Assembly: GCA_965217895.1 (NCBI GenBank)
Contig: CBDCJV010000002.1
Coordinates: 4,128,001-4,192,000 of the forward strand
DNA length: 64,000 nucleotides
Direction of reading: 5' to 3'
Origin: Waterburya sp.
GTDB taxonomy: Bacteria; Cyanobacteriota; Cyanobacteriia; Cyanobacteriales; Xenococcaceae
Notes under the pieces: generated by a model
Databases searched by the model: none
What the model was told of the DNA's origin: nothing
The model's input: the letters and a program-made list of their open reading frames with translations, nothing else
Translations under genes and position numbers: made by a program
Shown here: one piece after another, positions 17,426 to 26,796 of the stretch
How positions within the stretch are numbered: the first letter of the stretch is position 1
Layout of the letters: each line of letters starts with the position of its first letter

Positions 17426-19651
17426 CTAAACTATTTCACTGCCATTTAGCCGACGAATTGCTACAACTCCAGGTAAAGGTGGTTGATTGGCTTTGCTACT
17501 GGGCCAATTTGAACCAAGAGGTACTTGGCGTTGTTGTTTAAAAGCTGTCCCGTCTGTAGCTAATAGTTCAAAATCTCTTGCTTCTGCTGCCATATCTTGA
17601 CGCATACCGTTATTTTCCCCTGGATGCTGGATCGAAAGAAATAAACTGCTGTTATCGTTATTAAAAGTTATTCCAGTACATTCGCACTCCATAGGACCGA
17701 GTGCAAAAGGATAAGACTTTCCTGCATTCTCCCCTGATAAAGGAATATACCACATGGAGTTATTCCCAAATGCTCCAGTTAGGTCTTTACCAGTTAATTT
17801 TGCTCCATCTTTTACTCTCGTGGGAATTGCTTCATTCTGAACACTAGTAGACATATCAGTCACAACCCAAAGATTACCCTTTTTATCTAAGGTCAAGTTA
17901 TCAGGATTAGAGAAACCAGCACCACCGTTGGCAACTTCGCCGCCTGTAGCCAGCATACTCCAGGTAAAGCTGAGAGAAGCAGGATCGCTTTGGTCTTCTT
18001 GCAGCCTCATGATCCAGCCATATTCGTAATCTGTTTCACCGTTGAGACCGACAAAAACCGCTTTATCAGGACCTCCTTCGTCATCAGCAGAGCCAGAGGT
18101 AAAAGCAATAAATAAAGTGCCGTTGTTGTCAATTTCGGTGTCTTCAGGGCGAGCTGTGCAGGTGACTCCTGCTGCTGATGCTGCAAAGTGAGCATCAATT
18201 AAAATTGCTCCTTGGGTTTCTTCGGGACTATTACCCTGATATAAATCTCCCAAAGTTTTAAATTGAGATAAGGGCTGCAATTGTTCCTCTGATGATACCT
18301 CCATTATTCCGCCTGCGGTGCGATCGCTGTTGGGCATCATCACCAATCCACCGACAACCTGATTAGGAGATACGGGATTAACCTCAGTATCAGCATTGAG
18401 AGGAATCCATTCCCCTACTCCATCGGCAGAGAATTTTGCCCCATAAAGCATTCCCGCTTCAAAAAGACGAGAGTTGTTTTTATCTTGGGGATCTTGGATT
18501 TTTGACTGGCTGATAAATTTATATAAATGTCCGCCACGGCGATCGCATCCTGAATATACCGCTAAGTTTTTCCCTGCCACAGCGCGAACACCAAAGGCTT
18601 CATGGCGATAACGTCCTAGCCAAGTGTGTTTTGTGCCGTAATCATCTGGATTGGCAGGATCTAGTTCCACCATCCAGCCATACTTATTCCCCGCCAAACC
18701 AAATACATTAGCTCTACCGTCCAAGTCGTCGTCGGTAATTAAAAATGGCTTTTCACTAGGGTTTAAGGATGAACCATCTGCCATAACTGGCTCTGGTACT
18801 TGATCTTGAAAGTTTTCTTCCGCGCTTAAGACTGTTCCCCAAGGAGTTGTTCCCCCTGCACAGTTTTGAAATGTACCAATAATGCGATCGCCCAAGTTAT
18901 CCTCATAACCAAGTTTATTCGGCTTAGTAAATATCGCCACCGCAGCCCCTGTAGCTTTTAGAGCCTGATCGGGGTTATCTAAGCCAGAAATACCTGTTAC
19001 TCGGCGATCTGCTGTGGAGTAAGTTCTCTCCCACTTGCCATCAGCATTACGTTTGACAGAAATGACTCCCAATCCCTGATCGATTAAGCCTTCTCTAGAA
19101 ACCTCTTGGATTTTTGCTTTTAAATCATTATCTTCAAGACTAAAAGCGTCTATTTCTCCTTCAGTAGCTTCAGCCATAGCAATTAATTCAGCAAAAGGAA
19201 GCTGTTTGCCAATCACCAATGGATAGGTTTGCATCCATGTCCCGCCGCTGATATATTCAAAATTAACTGCCAAATAGCCTTCATTGGGTGCAGTCTCAAT
19301 CAAAGACAGATAATCATTGTTGTAGCCAAAACGAGAATCCCCCACGCGATCGCCCCAAGCAGCAATTAAATCATAAGTAAAACCTTCAGGTAGAACCAAA
19401 TCATCTGCAACTTCATAGCTTTGATATGTTTCTAGCTGTTGAGCAATAGGAAATATATCTGTGTTTAAAGGAAGAGGAACTTTGACGGGTTGAAAGTTCA
19501 GGCTCGTTGTCGTTGTTCCAAATTTAGCATTAGTTTCAGCCATAACTGAGGAACTATTAGGCATAATCTTTTTCTGAGACCATGAACCTGTAGCGAGCGA
19601 TCCAGCAGCAGCACCAAAAAAAAGCAGAAAATGACGGCGATTTACGTTCAT
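17426..19651 (-). CDS. phoX: PhoX-family alkaline phosphatase with Tat signal; start taken at ATG 19651
   Basis: NRRHFL twin-arginine; GYNNDY, NCAGGTTPWGTVLSAEENF, LGRYRHE, RPED, SNPDN, ECTG, SIQHPGE. Confidence 0.93.
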   Translation of the reverse strand: MNVNRRHFLLFFGAAAGSLATGSWSQKKIMPNSSSVMAETNAKFGTTTTSLNFQPVKVPLPLNTDIFPIAQQLETYQSYEVADDLVLPEGFTYDLIAAWGDRVGDSRFGYNNDYLSLIETAPNEGYLAVNFEYISGGTWMQTYPLVIGKQLPFAELIAMAEATEGEIDAFSLEDNDLKAKIQEVSREGLIDQGLGVISVKRNADGKWERTYSTADRRVTGISGLDNPDQALKATGAAVAIFTKPNKLGYEDNLGDRIIGTFQNCAGGTTPWGTVLSAEENFQDQVPEPVMADGSSLNPSEKPFLITDDDLDGRANVFGLAGNKYGWMVELDPANPDDYGTKHTWLGRYRHEAFGVRAVAGKNLAVYSGCDRRGGHLYKFISQSKIQDPQDKNNSRLFEAGMLYGAKFSADGVGEWIPLNADTEVNPVSPNQVVGGLVMMPNSDRTAGGIMEVSSEEQLQPLSQFKTLGDLYQGNSPEETQGAILIDAHFAASAAGVTCTARPEDTEIDNNGTLFIAFTSGSADDEGGPDKAVFVGLNGETDYEYGWIMRLQEDQSDPASLSFTWSMLATGGEVANGGAGFSNPDNLTLDKKGNLWVVTDMSTSVQNEAIPTRVKDGAKLTGKDLTGAFGNNSMWYIPLSGENAGKSYPFALGPMECECTGITFNNDNSSLFLSIQHPGENNGMRQDMAAEARDFELLATDGTAFKQQRQVPLGSNWPSSKANQPPLPGVVAIRRLNGSEIV

Positions 19652-19689
19652 ATTGATTGTATTCGGGAAATAAAATAAAATAATGTTTT

Positions 19690-19831
19690 GAGCGTGGGGG
19701 ATGCTGGTGTTTCGCAACTCTTATCCAACCACGCTGTTGAGCGTGAGATAGGGCGAGGAGACCTCTTCCTGTCTTGTCAACCCCTTAAAGGATGCTAGTG
19801 TTTTGCCAGCTAATCCAATCGGGCTGTTGAG
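19690..19831 (-). ncRNA. Candidate tandem structured leader RNA of phoX
   Basis: Two related three-stem hairpins with compensatory changes; G-U pairs favour the minus strand. Confidence 0.55.
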
Positions 19832-19845
19832 AAATTATTATTCTT

Positions 19846-19880
19846 AAGTTAAACTCCGAGTGTTAACAACTTATTAACTT
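19846..19880. promoter_or_regulatory. Possible Pho box (SphR/PhoB)
   Basis: Three TTAA-core units upstream of phoX; two have 11-bp period, the third is off-phase. Confidence 0.4.
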
Positions 19881-19979
19881 TTAGTTTCTATTCGATAATT
19901 TTTTTATTTGTAATCAGACAATTCCCAATGTCATATCTGCTCAAAAGCTTATTTAGAGCAGCTATTTACGTAATATCTT

Positions 19980-20666
19980 ATGGTTTTTTGGCAAGAATGG
20001 CTTTTTCATACAAATAACTGGCTTAGTTCTCTTGGTTACTTAGCTTATCCTGCATTTGTTGGTATATATCTATTGGCAACCTTAGTCGGATTGCCTGCAA
20101 TTTTTCTTTTTTTAGCTGCTGGTAGTTTATTTGGCTTTATTCCTGGATTTGTTATGGTGTCGTTTGCCGATACCCTTAGCGTTGCTACTTGTTATCTACT
20201 AGGCAGGACTGTCGCTCGTAAAACAGTTAGTAAATGGCTAAATAAGCGCCCACACTGGGGAAAATTTGACCGCGCAGTTGCAGAGAAAGGATGGAAAATA
20301 GTATTTTTAACTCGTCTTTCACCAATTGTTCCGTCCAACGTCCTCAACTATGGCTTTAGCTTAACTAAAATCAATTTTTGGCTATATCTGTTTGTATCTT
20401 GGCTGGGTATGCTGCCTGTGATCGCCCTATACGTTTATTTGGCTTCTGTCGGCATTAATTTACTTTCAGGTAACAACGACGATCCAAAACAAATTGTGGC
20501 TTCAGTTATTGGCTTGGTTACAGCTTTGATGGCGATCGCCTACACTACAAAATTAGTCCACGGCACTTTATTCGATAAATCTCAAGAACAAGTTCAATCA
20601 AAATCACCTAGACAGCCACAACCTCAAAAAACCCAAAATATAGATAGAGAAGAAGCTAGACGCTGA
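19980..20666 (+). CDS. TVP38/TMEM64 (DedA/VTT) membrane protein
   Basis: AAGSLFG, FLTRLSPIVPSNVLNYGFSLT. Confidence 0.9.
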   Translation: MVFWQEWLFHTNNWLSSLGYLAYPAFVGIYLLATLVGLPAIFLFLAAGSLFGFIPGFVMVSFADTLSVATCYLLGRTVARKTVSKWLNKRPHWGKFDRAVAEKGWKIVFLTRLSPIVPSNVLNYGFSLTKINFWLYLFVSWLGMLPVIALYVYLASVGINLLSGNNDDPKQIVASVIGLVTALMAIAYTTKLVHGTLFDKSQEQVQSKSPRQPQPQKTQNIDREEARR

Positions 20667-20966
20667 ATTAAGGGATGAGGGATGAGGAAAAAGGAACTGT
20701 TAATTGTTTGAATCCCTAGCAGCTAATTTGATATATTTAAAATGAGCATATTGCCGATAAGCTTCTACAGATAGTGATGCAACTTCGCCAAACTCTTGAG
20801 TTATGGCATTTCTAATAATCAGATCCATAATAAATTAATTAGTTTTTATTGTTCTATGACAAGTCGCTTCACTGCCCTAACTGTTGTTACTTGTTTTAAT
20901 TAATATTAAACTTACAATTACAGTAGTACCAAATAGCAAATTAGAATCAATTAAGGAGTGAGCTTT

Positions 20967-21494
20967 ATGGCTTATCAAGCAACTCTCAACGGTACTCAAC
21001 GAATAATAATCGCCAATCAGGGTAGGCAAACTCAAATTACTCTTGTGGCTAGTAGTCCAGGACAACAACAGAGTCAGAGTAGTAGCTTTACTACAGGAAC
21101 GTGGGTTAATCCACCGCAGTTATTTAACACCGCCCAAGGCTTCATTTTGCAAATTAACGCCGAGCAAGGTAAGCATTTTATTCAGATTCAAGCTAACGGT
21201 ATTAGCACCATCGAAGGCATCCCATCCCTACAAAACGCCACCTCCATTGAACTAGAAACCTTTGGGGATCTTCTTGGTCAAGCCGATATAAAGTTTGAGC
21301 CAATGCAGCCAATGAAAATGGGCAATATGTCTATGGATATTAATTCCATGTCTATGCAAATGGGTGATATGTCTCTCAATCTGGGGAATAGAGCAAAAAC
21401 TACCGTCTCTAAGACTTTTTGTTCTCAGTGTGGCACAGAAGCTAGAAAGGGCGATCGCTTTTGTCGTAGCTGTGGTCATAACTTGAGCCAGTGA
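20967..21494 (+). CDS. Conserved cyanobacterial protein with Met-rich region and C-terminal zinc ribbon
   Basis: AAGGAG RBS; FCSQCG...FCRSCG. Confidence 0.85.
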   Translation: MAYQATLNGTQRIIIANQGRQTQITLVASSPGQQQSQSSSFTTGTWVNPPQLFNTAQGFILQINAEQGKHFIQIQANGISTIEGIPSLQNATSIELETFGDLLGQADIKFEPMQPMKMGNMSMDINSMSMQMGDMSLNLGNRAKTTVSKTFCSQCGTEARKGDRFCRSCGHNLSQ

Positions 21495-21575
21495 ACAGTT
21501 TTAAGGCAGAAATGTTTAGCAATTTTATTTCTTAACTACCCAGATAGTTAAAAGTTATCTGCTATATCTTTTTAT

Positions 21576-22703
21576 TCACCCTATTCCTGGGATAAACTTC
21601 AATTTTTGAGTGGCTTTGTCAGCAATTTGAGAATAGCTTAATTCGCCACAGAGAATCTTACCCATAAGTTGACCAGCAGCAGGACGTTTAACCCCTAGCT
21701 TATAGGCAATCTTAGGAGCTTTATAAAACAAATTAGCTAAGAAGTCTGCTTTGGCTAAATTTGCTCCCCATTCCTGGTTAATTGTTTCTGTATAGTTGGC
21801 TAAAGCATTAGCATCACCTTGAAGCGCATTGCTAACTGCTGCTGCTGCTTGGACTCCTGTAAACATTGCAGGACGAATACCTTCGCCTATGAGCGGATCG
21901 ACCATTCCTGCTGCTTCGCCTACGAGTAAAGCACGATCGCTGTGTAAAGACCGATCTTTCTGCCATAAGTTTAGAGAGTGTTCTTTGTATTCTCCCTGAC
22001 TAGCATCTAAATCAAACAGTTGAGCATATTTAGTTAGCTGTTTTTTTAGTTCGTCTGGCTTACCTTGAGGATTACGCACATAAGCAGCACTAATTGAATA
22101 ACCATCGGCTTTAGGGAAGCACCACATAAAGCCGTTTTTTAGCGAACCAAAATCAAAAAATGCCGTCATTTTACGGCGATCGCTAACTGATCCAGAAACT
22201 TGTAAACTAGCTGCTGCTATCTTCTGAGTATCAGCAAAACCAAGTAATTTTGCCACAGTACTATTAGCACCATCAGCGGCGATTAAATATTTGCTTTCAA
22301 ATACACCATTATTAGTTTCAACTTGCCATGTATCTCCCTGCAAAATAACTCCTGTTACTTCTGTATCAGCTTTAAACTCAACTCCTTGACCTATGGCTTG
22401 CTCCATCAAAAAGTTATCAAAGCGATCCCTTTGTACCATCCACATTGGAGTAACGTTTTTTAGCTCAACCTCAGCAGGATCGCTCATCTTAAAAGTATAT
22501 TTGACCTGAGAAACATGATTTTGGACTACAGGAGCAAAGTCAAAATCAAACCATTGAGCGATCGCAGGAGATACGCCACCACCGCAAGACTTGGTGCGGG
22601 GAAAAGAAAGTTTTTCTAGCACTAAAACTGAATGTCTCTTAGCTAGATGATAAGCAGCACTAGCTCCAGCAGGGCCAGCACCCACAATAATACAGTCAAA
22701 CAT
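21576..22703 (-). CDS. Geranylgeranyl-reductase-family FAD oxidoreductase
   Basis: GAGPAG, KSCGGG, IAADGANS, GEAAGMVDPLIGEGI. Confidence 0.9.
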   Translation of the reverse strand: MFDCIIVGAGPAGASAAYHLAKRHSVLVLEKLSFPRTKSCGGGVSPAIAQWFDFDFAPVVQNHVSQVKYTFKMSDPAEVELKNVTPMWMVQRDRFDNFLMEQAIGQGVEFKADTEVTGVILQGDTWQVETNNGVFESKYLIAADGANSTVAKLLGFADTQKIAAASLQVSGSVSDRRKMTAFFDFGSLKNGFMWCFPKADGYSISAAYVRNPQGKPDELKKQLTKYAQLFDLDASQGEYKEHSLNLWQKDRSLHSDRALLVGEAAGMVDPLIGEGIRPAMFTGVQAAAAVSNALQGDANALANYTETINQEWGANLAKADFLANLFYKAPKIAYKLGVKRPAAGQLMGKILCGELSYSQIADKATQKLKFIPGIG

Positions 22704-22853
22704 ACAAAACTACCTTGTTATCTAAAAATATTGTTTTAAAACCTTTAATACCTTAAAGGAAGGAAAACAAATACGCAACAAAGAAGTTATCAGTTAAGTA
22801 GACAGAAATAAATTAAACAAGATCGCTAATTTACACCATAAGTCTCCCAAGAA

Positions 22854-23216
22854 TTAATGAGTTTCGAGATAACTCAATAGCCAATTAGCTGTGGTTGCTC
22901 TACGGGTTTCTCTAGGACCAAATTCCCCCAGCTTGTAACCTTTAAAACCTAACTTTTCTTTGAGTAGCTGCTTATTTTCTTGGGGAATTGAACGAGTTAG
23001 CTTTACCGTTGGTGGTCGATTAGTAATAAAATCTGGTGGTTCGGGATATTTTTCGCCCCAATCATCTACGACTTGACTAATATCCCAAGCTTGTTTTGTT
23101 TCATCATAAATGTAGCCTAAGCAACTCCAAACTAGCCGATTGACCACTTCGTCGCTGATTTTATCTTGAAGGATTGCCCAAATTGTATCCGTATTTATGG
23201 TTGGTAAGTTTGACAT
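22854..23216 (-). CDS. Conserved cyanobacterial protein (DUF1823-like)
   Basis: YPEPPDFI..RPPTVKLTRSIP.ENKQLLKEKLGFKGY, TRRATTANWLL. Confidence 0.75.
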   Translation of the reverse strand: MSNLPTINTDTIWAILQDKISDEVVNRLVWSCLGYIYDETKQAWDISQVVDDWGEKYPEPPDFITNRPPTVKLTRSIPQENKQLLKEKLGFKGYKLGEFGPRETRRATTANWLLSYLETH

Positions 23217-23269
23217 GAATTAAAATAAGGTCTAATTGTTCAATTTACATATTTATATTATTAAAGTTT

Positions 23270-23428
23270 ATGAAATATATTTGCTCGGCTTGTAATTACG
23301 AATACGATCCAGAAATAGGCGATCCAGATAGTGATATTGAGCCTGGAACAGCCTTTGAGGATATACCAGAAGATTGGGTATGCCCAGTTTGCGGGGTAGC
23401 TAAATCAGACTTTGAACCAGCTAAATAA
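23270..23428 (+). CDS. Rubredoxin, 52 aa (absent from the supplied ORF track)
   Basis: Manual translation [52 protein letters not shown]; two CxxC knuckles. Confidence 0.95.
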   Translation: MKYICSACNYEYDPEIGDPDSDIEPGTAFEDIPEDWVCPVCGVAKSDFEPAK

Positions 23429-23586
23429 CGTTAATCTTAGACCAACAGTTAAAACAGTTCTACAGTTAGTAGTGCAACAACTTCGTTAAGCCTGGCAAAC
23501 GCATTTTCATCATTTTCGATAACATAAATAAGATTAGTCAAAAAGTTTTTTGCTAATCGCTCCATAAAGTATGAGGATTTAGAAAA

Positions 23587-24369
23587 TTGGACGCAAATAT
23601 CCGACTATATGCTTATTTATGCCTTGCTTTAATCACTGGTATAACTGCCTTGCATAGTCTTTCCCGTCTAGGTAAATTAGGTAAAGATATTGCTGATTTT
23701 TGCTGTCATGCTCCAGGTATTGATTTAATATTGGCGTATTTTATGCTGCTGCCAATAGCTATTGGCTCTTTAGTATTAGGTTGGACTGGTGCAGGAGTTG
23801 CTTTTATAGCTGAATTGAGTGTTTTATGGGCTTGGATTATTGCTCACGAATTTGCTCATCGAGATGTAAAGCAAAAAGGTCAGATTTTTCGTACTTTGAG
23901 CAGCATTGTGGGCAGATGGCGCAATCATCTGGCGGTTTGGATTACTGCTTTAGCAATCCCCGTATTTTGGATTGTTCGTTTTGCAGAATTAATTGTTTAT
24001 CCTCCTTTAACCAAGCTGATTGGCTTGCCAAAATATGAAGCTAAAGAGTGGGTTAATGTCTCTCGACACAAGTTTGAGGGCTTAATTGGCTATGATTTGA
24101 TTTGGTGTTTATATTGCGATTGGATGACTGGAGTGTGGTCTTTAGGCACAGAAATGCTGCGTAACGTCGAGTCATTTTGGTGTCCAATTCGCTTTTATGA
24201 CAACAAAAAATGTGCCAATTGCCAAATAGATTTTCCTGATATTGACGGCGGTTGGGTTGCTGCTGATGGCACGATGGAAGATGTAGCTAAGGTGCTGCAA
24301 GAAAAATATGACGGCAAGAAAGACTCTAGCTGGTTTGGTCATCCCTGTCGTCAAAAAGATAAAGGATGA
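23587..24369 (+). CDS. Hypothetical membrane protein with HExxH and Cys-rich C-terminus
   Basis: TTG start after GAGGA; several TM segments; HEFAH, WCLYCDW, WCP, CANC. Confidence 0.75.
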   Translation: MDANIRLYAYLCLALITGITALHSLSRLGKLGKDIADFCCHAPGIDLILAYFMLLPIAIGSLVLGWTGAGVAFIAELSVLWAWIIAHEFAHRDVKQKGQIFRTLSSIVGRWRNHLAVWITALAIPVFWIVRFAELIVYPPLTKLIGLPKYEAKEWVNVSRHKFEGLIGYDLIWCLYCDWMTGVWSLGTEMLRNVESFWCPIRFYDNKKCANCQIDFPDIDGGWVAADGTMEDVAKVLQEKYDGKKDSSWFGHPCRQKDKG

Positions 24370-24395
24370 GGAAAATTTGCTTAAAAAGCCTAGAA

Positions 24396-25190
24396 CTATT
24401 TCTTGCTCATAATCAATCCTCGTCTACCCGAAGAGCTTGATTGCTGTACGAAATTTTGTAGATGTCGAATATGTTTATTGTCTGATAGCCGATCTAGTTG
24501 CGCGATCGCCTCTGTTAGAGAAATAGGCTGAAGATACAAGATGCGAAAAGCTTTTTTTAGTTCGCGAACTTCGTTCTGGTCAAAGCCACGTCTTTTTAAT
24601 CCTGTTAGGTTAAGCGATCGCACCTTAGCAGGATTACCCTCAACCATCATGTAAGGAGGGACATCGCGACTAATACGGCTCATTCCTCCCACCATTGCCA
24701 TCGTACCGATATGAACGAACTGATGAATACCTAAAACACCGCTAATGATTGCCATTGATTCGATGTGAACATGACCTGCGATCGCTACACTGTTGGCAAT
24801 AACTGCTTCATTGCCAATTACGCAATTATGTCCTACATGACTATATGCCATCAGTAGGTTGTCATCGCCAATAACTGTCGCCTCCCCTTCATTCGTAGCG
24901 CGGTTGATGGTCACATACTCACGGATACGATTGCGATCGCCAATTGTTACCTGACTATTTGCGCCTTTGTATTTTAGATCTTGAGGTTCTAAGCCAATAG
25001 CTGCACCAGGAAAAATTTGATTATTTTTACCAATTGTGGTTAGTCCATCGATGATGGCATGACTACCCACCACTGTATTTGCACCAATAGTAACTTGGCT
25101 ACCAATTACCGCATAGGGGTCAACACGAACCGTTGGATGTATTTGAGCCTGGCCATCAATAACAGCAGTCGGATGAATTAAAGTTCTCAA
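24396..25190 (-). CDS. lpxA: UDP-N-acetylglucosamine acyltransferase
   Basis: Hexapeptide repeats, PQDLKY, IREYVTINRAT, HVGHNC, HQF. Confidence 0.97.
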   Translation of the reverse strand: MRTLIHPTAVIDGQAQIHPTVRVDPYAVIGSQVTIGANTVVGSHAIIDGLTTIGKNNQIFPGAAIGLEPQDLKYKGANSQVTIGDRNRIREYVTINRATNEGEATVIGDDNLLMAYSHVGHNCVIGNEAVIANSVAIAGHVHIESMAIISGVLGIHQFVHIGTMAMVGGMSRISRDVPPYMMVEGNPAKVRSLNLTGLKRRGFDQNEVRELKKAFRILYLQPISLTEAIAQLDRLSDNKHIRHLQNFVQQSSSSGRRGLIMSKK

Positions 25191-25357
25191 GATCGATTCC
25201 CTCAGGGGCTATAGCTTGTCTTAGTTGGGCAAAATTTAAGTTGCCATATAGAAGCATAGAAGCAATAGACGTTCAACAACATAACTAAAATAACCTCTGG
25301 TTATTCGTTTGATGGTAATTATAGATATTTTTCTTTATTTTGACCTGAATACTTATT

Positions 25358-25843
25358 CTACTGGTCAATCAAAGAGAACATCATTTCTCCTTTAACTGCA
25401 AGCTCTCCATCCACTTCGGCTTTGCCCTGCATTTTGGCAATACGGTTTTGTTTTAAGGTTAAAAGTTCGACGGTCATGGTAAGGCGATCGCCAGGAACTA
25501 CGGGACGACGAAAACGCACCTTATCTATTCCAGCAAAAGCAAAGAACTTGCCAGTCATTCCTGGTAACTGCACTAGTACAATTCCTCCTACCTGTGCCAT
25601 TGCTTCTACCATTAACACTCCAGGCATTAGAGGAAAATCAGGAATATGCCCTGGAAAAAATGGCTCATTAAAGGTCACATTTTTGATGCCGATGGCCTTT
25701 TTTCCAGGTACATAGTCAATAATGCGGTCTACTAGGGAGAAAGGATAGCGATGGGGTAATAGCTGATGTATTTCTTGAATATTAAAAGTTGTTTTAATAT
25801 TTTGAGTAGCAGTTTGTAAAATAGAATTTTCTACAGTTGACAT
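25358..25843 (-). CDS. fabZ: 3-hydroxyacyl-ACP dehydratase
   Basis: [31 protein letters not shown]. Confidence 0.97.
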   Translation of the reverse strand: MSTVENSILQTATQNIKTTFNIQEIHQLLPHRYPFSLVDRIIDYVPGKKAIGIKNVTFNEPFFPGHIPDFPLMPGVLMVEAMAQVGGIVLVQLPGMTGKFFAFAGIDKVRFRRPVVPGDRLTMTVELLTLKQNRIAKMQGKAEVDGELAVKGEMMFSLIDQ

Positions 25844-25921
25844 TATGATGATTACTAATTGCTTTTTGTGGGCAATAGAAGTTTATTATATATGGCGCAC
25901 AAAATTATTTTTATTGCTCAC

Positions 25922-26752
25922 CTACAGGTGATTGCTGAGAGTAGACAATTTAGCTGCTAATTGAATATGTAGCTTGTGACTGGCCTTATAAGCAATCAAA
26001 TGAGCAGTGGGAAACTGACCCAACAAACTAATATCCCCTACTAAATCTAATAGTTTATGACGGGCTGGTTCATTGGTAAATCTCAGAGGTGGATTAATCC
26101 AGCCTGTATCGCTACAAACTAAGGCATTATCCAAACTTCCTCCTTGAATTAAGCCAGCCTTTTGCAACTGTTCTATTTGTTCGGCAAAACCAAAAGTACG
26201 AGCAGGAGCAATGTCATTAGCAAAACTTTCTTGAGCAGGATTCCAACTGTGCCACTGATTGCCGATCGCTTTGTAGGCAAAATCTATGCCACAGGTAAAA
26301 CGAGTTTGGGATGCGGGCAAAGCAGCCACAAAAGCATCTTGTTCTCTAATCCAGATTGGTTCTATGGGAGTGATAGAAGAGTGGGTAACAGAATTATCCG
26401 TAACTCCTATTTTGGCGATCGCTTCACACCAGTTTTTAGCCGAACCATCTAATAGAGGAACTTCTTCGCCATCTATTTCAATGCGAGCATCATCCACACC
26501 ATTTGCTATCAAAGAAGCTAATAAATGTTCTACCGTTCTTACTGTGGCATTTTCTGCTGCTAATTCTGTAGACAAGGTAGTTTGTCCTACTGCATCAACT
26601 TGAGCAGGAATTATCGGTTTTTCGGGCAAATCTATTCGCACAAAATAACGCCCCTCTCCAGGTTTGGCAGGTAAAACTTTTACAGTAGTATCTACCCCAA
26701 AGTGCAATCCCACCCCTGATAATTCAAATTTTTGCTTTACCGTATTGCCCAT
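25922..26752 (-). CDS. lpxC: UDP-3-O-acyl-GlcNAc deacetylase
   Basis: [31 protein letters not shown]. Confidence 0.97.
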   Translation of the reverse strand: MGNTVKQKFELSGVGLHFGVDTTVKVLPAKPGEGRYFVRIDLPEKPIIPAQVDAVGQTTLSTELAAENATVRTVEHLLASLIANGVDDARIEIDGEEVPLLDGSAKNWCEAIAKIGVTDNSVTHSSITPIEPIWIREQDAFVAALPASQTRFTCGIDFAYKAIGNQWHSWNPAQESFANDIAPARTFGFAEQIEQLQKAGLIQGGSLDNALVCSDTGWINPPLRFTNEPARHKLLDLVGDISLLGQFPTAHLIAYKASHKLHIQLAAKLSTLSNHL

Positions 26753-26796
26753 CTCAATTATTAATTGATAAATGTTTAATGTTTAATGGTCGATGA

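Noticed and set aside
19690..19831. Known riboswitch (c-di-GMP-I, cobalamin, glutamine) or mini-CRISPR
   Set aside because: Consensus cores of those classes are not recognisable, and there are only two diverged units.
24370..24400. Absence of lpxB after lpxA
   Set aside because: Gene order varies among cyanobacteria and lpxB may lie elsewhere; uninformative from this window alone.
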